DNA of 64,000 nucleotides from Escherichia coli O127:H6 str. E2348/69 (GTDB lineage Bacteria; Pseudomonadota; Gammaproteobacteria; Enterobacterales; Enterobacteriaceae): NCBI RefSeq assembly GCF_000026545.1, contig NC_011601.1; one strand, 5' to 3'. Shown piece by piece: positions 57,936 to 64,000 of this stretch (position 1 is its first letter; each line of letters starts with the position of its first letter). The notes under the pieces were generated by a model. It saw only the letters and a program-made list of their open reading frames with translations, ran no database searches and was not told where the DNA came from. The position numbers and the translations under genes were made by a program.

Positions 57936-59141
57936 ATGTCATGGCAGCAATTCAAACACGCCTGGTTGATTAAATTCTGGGCACCCATCCCTGCGGTCAT
58001 CGCGGCGGGTATTCTCTCCACTTACTATTTTGGCATCACTGGCACATTTTGGGCAGTCACGGGTGAATTTACCCGTTGGGGCGGTCAGCTCCTGCAGTTG
58101 TTCGGCGTCCATGCTGAAGAGTGGGGTTATTTTAAAATTATCCATCTGGAAGGATCGCCATTAACCCGCATCGACGGAATGATGATCCTCGGTATGTTTG
58201 GCGGCTGTTTTGCCGCAGCGCTGTGGGCCAACAATGTCAAACTGCGCATGCCGCGCAGCCGTATCCGCATTATGCAGGCCATCATTGGCGGTATTATCGC
58301 CGGTTTTGGCGCACGTCTGGCAATGGGCTGTAACCTGGCGGCGTTCTTTACCGGAATTCCACAGTTCTCGCTGCACGCCTGGTTCTTTGCCATCGCCACT
58401 GCCATTGGTTCATGGTTTGGCGCGCGCTTTACCCTGCTGCCCATCTTCCGTATTCCCGTGAAAATGCAGAAAGTTTCTGCTGCCTCACCGCTGACGCAAA
58501 AACCGGATCAGGCGCGGCGTCGTTTTCGTCTCGGGATGCTGGTCTTTTTCGGCATGCTGGGCTGGGCGCTGCTCACGGCGATGAACCAACCAAAACTGGG
58601 GCTGGCAATGCTGTTTGGCGTCGGCTTTGGTTTACTGATTGAACGTGCACAAATCTGCTTTACTTCGGCGTTCCGCGATATGTGGATCACCGGACGTACC
58701 CATATGGCGAAAGCAATCATTATCGGTATGGCGGTAAGTGCCATCGGGATCTTCAGTTACGTACAGTTAGGCGTTGAACCCAAAATCATGTGGGCGGGAC
58801 CAAACGCGGTAATTGGTGGTTTACTGTTTGGTTTTGGCATCGTGCTGGCAGGCGGCTGCGAAACCGGCTGGATGTACCGCGCGGTAGAAGGCCAGGTGCA
58901 CTACTGGTGGGTCGGTCTGGGCAACGTGATCGGCTCAACGATTCTGGCGTATTACTGGGATGATTTCGCTCCGGCGCTGGCCACCGACTGGGACAAAATC
59001 AACCTGCTGAAAACCTTTGGCCCGATGGGCGGCCTGCTGGTGACATATTTGCTGTTGTTTGCAGCTCTAATGTTGATTATCGGCTGGGAAAAACGCTTCT
59101 TCCGCCGTGCGGCACCGCAGATTGCTAAGGAGATCGCATGA
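57936..59141 (+). CDS. yedE: YedE/YeeE-family inner membrane transporter
   Basis: 401-aa polytopic ORF. Confidence 0.85.
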   Translation: MSWQQFKHAWLIKFWAPIPAVIAAGILSTYYFGITGTFWAVTGEFTRWGGQLLQLFGVHAEEWGYFKIIHLEGSPLTRIDGMMILGMFGGCFAAALWANNVKLRMPRSRIRIMQAIIGGIIAGFGARLAMGCNLAAFFTGIPQFSLHAWFFAIATAIGSWFGARFTLLPIFRIPVKMQKVSAASPLTQKPDQARRRFRLGMLVFFGMLGWALLTAMNQPKLGLAMLFGVGFGLLIERAQICFTSAFRDMWITGRTHMAKAIIIGMAVSAIGIFSYVQLGVEPKIMWAGPNAVIGGLLFGFGIVLAGGCETGWMYRAVEGQVHYWWVGLGNVIGSTILAYYWDDFAPALATDWDKINLLKTFGPMGGLLVTYLLLFAALMLIIGWEKRFFRRAAPQIAKEIA

Positions 59142-59371
59142 AAAATATCGTTCCTGATTACCGTCTTGATATGGTGGGTGAACCCTGTCCTTATCCGGCA
59201 GTCGCAACCCTTGAGGCGATGCCGCAGTTAAAAAAAGGGGAGATCCTGGAAGTGGTGAGCGACTGTCCGCAGTCGATCAATAATATTCCACTGGATGCGC
59301 GTAATCACGGCTATACGGTGCTGGATATTCAGCAAGACGGGCCGACCATTCGTTATTTAATTCAGAAGTAA
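59138..59371 (+). CDS. yedF: TusA-like sulfurtransferase-fold protein YedF
   Basis: 77-aa ORF with CPxP motif (GEPCPYP); 4-bp overlap with yedE. Confidence 0.85.
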   Translation: MKNIVPDYRLDMVGEPCPYPAVATLEAMPQLKKGEILEVVSDCPQSINNIPLDARNHGYTVLDIQQDGPTIRYLIQK

Positions 59372-59479
59372 TCCCTCATTCCCGCTGTGGCCCACAGCGG
59401 GAACATCGTTACCTCTCTATCACATAGATTTTACCCGCCCCCTCTCCTATTCTTTTCAGTGTGACCTCAGGAGGTTTCT

Positions 59480-60148
59480 ATGTGCGGACGCTTTGCCCAA
59501 TCCCAAACGCGTGAAGATTACCTCGCGTTTCTCGCGGAAGATATTGAACGCGATATTCCCTACGATCCCGAACCTATTGGTAGATACAACATCGCACCGG
59601 GAACCAAAGTTCTTCTGCTCAGTGAACGTGATGAACACCTTCATCTGGATCCGGTTTTCTGGGGATATGCTCCCGGATGGTGGGATAAACCGCCGCTGAT
59701 TAACGCCCGCGTAGAAACTGCCGCAACCAGTCGCATGTTTAAACCGCTCTGGCAACATGGTCGGGTAATATGCTTTGCCGATGGCTGGTTTGAGTGGAAA
59801 AAAGAAGGCGACAAAAAACAGCCTTATTTTATCTATCGCGCTGACGGACAACCTGTTTTTATGGCCGCGATAGGTAGCACACCGTTTGAGCGTGGTGACG
59901 AAGCCGAAGGATTTTTGATCGTCACTGCGGCGGCAGATCAAGGTCTGGTAGATATTCATGACCGCCGCCCGCGAGTACTGTCGCCAGAAGCTGTACGGGA
60001 ATGGATGCGGCAAGAGGTTGGCGGTAAAGAAGCCTCAGAAATCGCGGCCAGTGGCTGTGTTACAGCAAACCAGTTCACCTGGCACCCGGTATCGTGCGCG
60101 GTGGGTAATGTTAAAAACCAGGGAGCGGAGTTAATTCAACCTATCTGA
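59480..60148 (+). CDS. yedK: SOS-response-associated peptidase (abasic-site processing protein)
   Basis: 222-aa ORF beginning MCGRFAQSQTREDYL (catalytic Cys2). Confidence 0.85.
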   Translation: MCGRFAQSQTREDYLAFLAEDIERDIPYDPEPIGRYNIAPGTKVLLLSERDEHLHLDPVFWGYAPGWWDKPPLINARVETAATSRMFKPLWQHGRVICFADGWFEWKKEGDKKQPYFIYRADGQPVFMAAIGSTPFERGDEAEGFLIVTAAADQGLVDIHDRRPRVLSPEAVREWMRQEVGGKEASEIAASGCVTANQFTWHPVSCAVGNVKNQGAELIQPI

Positions 60149-60258
60149 TAAGCCTGGAGATTATTGATCAACAATACTGCGTCATAAGAAATCTCTATTA
60201 GACAAAGATTTCAGTACCTGTTGGCATATTGCAAAAATAACACCAATACGGAATCGTC

Positions 60259-60738
60259 ATGTTCACGATTAAAACAGATGATCTCACCCATCCAGCAGTG
60301 CAAGCATTAGTGGCTTACCATATTTCCGGCATGCTGCAGCAGTCTCCCCCCGAAAGTAGTCATGCTTTAGATGTGCAAAAATTACGTAACCCGAAAGTGA
60401 CATTCTGGTCAGTATGGGAAGGCGAACAACTCGCAGGAATTGGTGCGCTGAAGTTGCTGGATGATAAACATGGCGAACTGAAATCAATGCGTACCGCGCC
60501 AAATTATTTACGTCGGGGTGTCGCCAGTCTGATTTTACGCCACATTTTGCAGGTCGCCCATGACAGATGCCTTCATCGCCTGAGCTTAGAAACGGGTACA
60601 CAGGCTGGATTTACGGCCTGCCATCAACTTTATTTGAAACATGGATTCGTTGATTGCGAACCGTTTGCTGATTATCAACTTGATCCGCACAGTCGATTTT
60701 TGTCATTGACGCTATGCGAAAATAATGAATTGCCATGA
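60259..60738 (+). CDS. yedL: GNAT-family N-acetyltransferase YedL
   Basis: 159-aa ORF. Confidence 0.8.
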   Translation: MFTIKTDDLTHPAVQALVAYHISGMLQQSPPESSHALDVQKLRNPKVTFWSVWEGEQLAGIGALKLLDDKHGELKSMRTAPNYLRRGVASLILRHILQVAHDRCLHRLSLETGTQAGFTACHQLYLKHGFVDCEPFADYQLDPHSRFLSLTLCENNELP

Positions 60739-61142
60739 GCCAGACGCAGCACATTCTTGCATTCGACGTGCTGCGCCTTTATTTATTATCAGCCGCAAAT
60801 GTCTTGTCCTTAGACGCTCTTTCCACATGCGCCACAAGAAACCTCTATTCCAGTGACACAATTATGCCTGATTATTTCCCTAGCCCGGAATATGAATAAA
60901 AACATCAAATAAGATGAAATTATCAAAATATTAATGTTGCGTCTGAGGTCGTAACAACATCCGACGTGGTGATATGTCAAATGAGACACTCTGATGGTCA
61001 AAGGGTTTATAGAGTTTACAGATCGTGGATGGCAGAAAACTTTCAGAATCAGGTTTCCATTTTAAACCAGAAATTAAGTGAGTTTGTCCCATCCATGCCC
61101 CACGCGGTGAGATCGGATGTAATCAACAACAGGTTACACAAC

Positions 61143-61457
61143 TTACACCTGCATGCTCATCACTTCCTGATACGCCGCCACCAGCTTATTACGCACCTGA
61201 ATCCCCATTTGCATAGAAACTGAGGCTTTTTGCATATCGGTCATCACATCGTTTAGCGCCACGCCGGGTTCACCGAGGGTGAATTTTTCTGCCTGCGTGC
61301 GGGCGGCTGTTTGTGTATCGCTTATACGATCGAGCGCGGCGTGCAGCTGCCCGGCAAAACTAATGGTCGGTTGCGGCAGTGATTCCTGCGCACGCGCACT
61401 CATCGCCGTAGCCTGTAACTGGCTGATAACCCCTTCAATCCCCTGTATCGCTGACAT
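61143..61457 (-). CDS. fliE: flagellar hook-basal body protein FliE
   Basis: 104 aa from [22 protein letters not shown]... Confidence 0.9.
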   Translation of the reverse strand: MSAIQGIEGVISQLQATAMSARAQESLPQPTISFAGQLHAALDRISDTQTAARTQAEKFTLGEPGVALNDVMTDMQKASVSMQMGIQVRNKLVAAYQEVMSMQV

Positions 61458-61671
61458 TTTCGTCTCCCGGATAATTTCTGGTAGCAAAGCCTACCAGTAA
61501 GTCAATAAGACAAAGGCGCTAAATAGCAACAAAAAAACGGGTTTATTGGCGGATAGAAAAAAACGAAAGCACAAATAATGGGAGCGTCAATTTTTCGAGT
61601 TTGCTGACCCGGGAGTGAGTCTTGTTCCACTTTGCCAATAACGCCGTCCATAATCAGCCACGAGGTGCGCG

Positions 61672-64000
<2,329 letters not shown>

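Noticed and set aside
60966-61223. 85-aa plus-strand ORF downstream of yedL
   Set aside because: Overlaps the fliE 3' end on the opposite strand; His/Arg-rich low-complexity translation; no RBS.

Overview
This window is an Escherichia coli chromosomal segment, collinear with the K-12 flagellar/chemotaxis region II-IIIa neighbourhood, and I see no novel or undescribed system in it. Gene order (identified by reading the six-frame translations against well-known E. coli proteins, from memory, no database search run): aspS(partial)-yecD-yecE-yecN-cmoA-cmoB-torZ-torY-cutC-yecM-argS-flhEAB-cheZYBR-(tap remnant)-tar-cheW-cheA-motBA-flhCD-uspC-otsAB-araHGF-ftnB-yecJ-azuC-yecR-ftnA-yecH-tyrP-yecA-tRNA(leuZ,cysT,glyW)-pgsA-uvrC-uvrY-yecF-sdiA-tcyN-tcyL-dcyD-tcyJ-fliZ-fliA-fliC-fliDST-amyA-yedD-yedEF-yedK-yedL-fliE-fliF-fliG(partial). 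The interesting content is strain-specific variation on that backbone: (1) a 1550-bp IS50/Tn5-like insertion sequence with a 9-bp target-site duplication interrupting araH; (2) tap reduced to a ~230-bp 5'+3' remnant between tar and cheR; (3) an apparent frameshift in yedD; (4) a non-K-12 flagellin central domain; (5) absence of K-12-specific material upstream of flhD, between argS and flhE, and between yedL and fliE. The two frameshifts both sit in short homopolymer runs, so assembly error must be excluded before calling them biological. Coordinates of CDS include the stop codon; start codons were chosen by matching known N-termini where they differ from the longest ORF.
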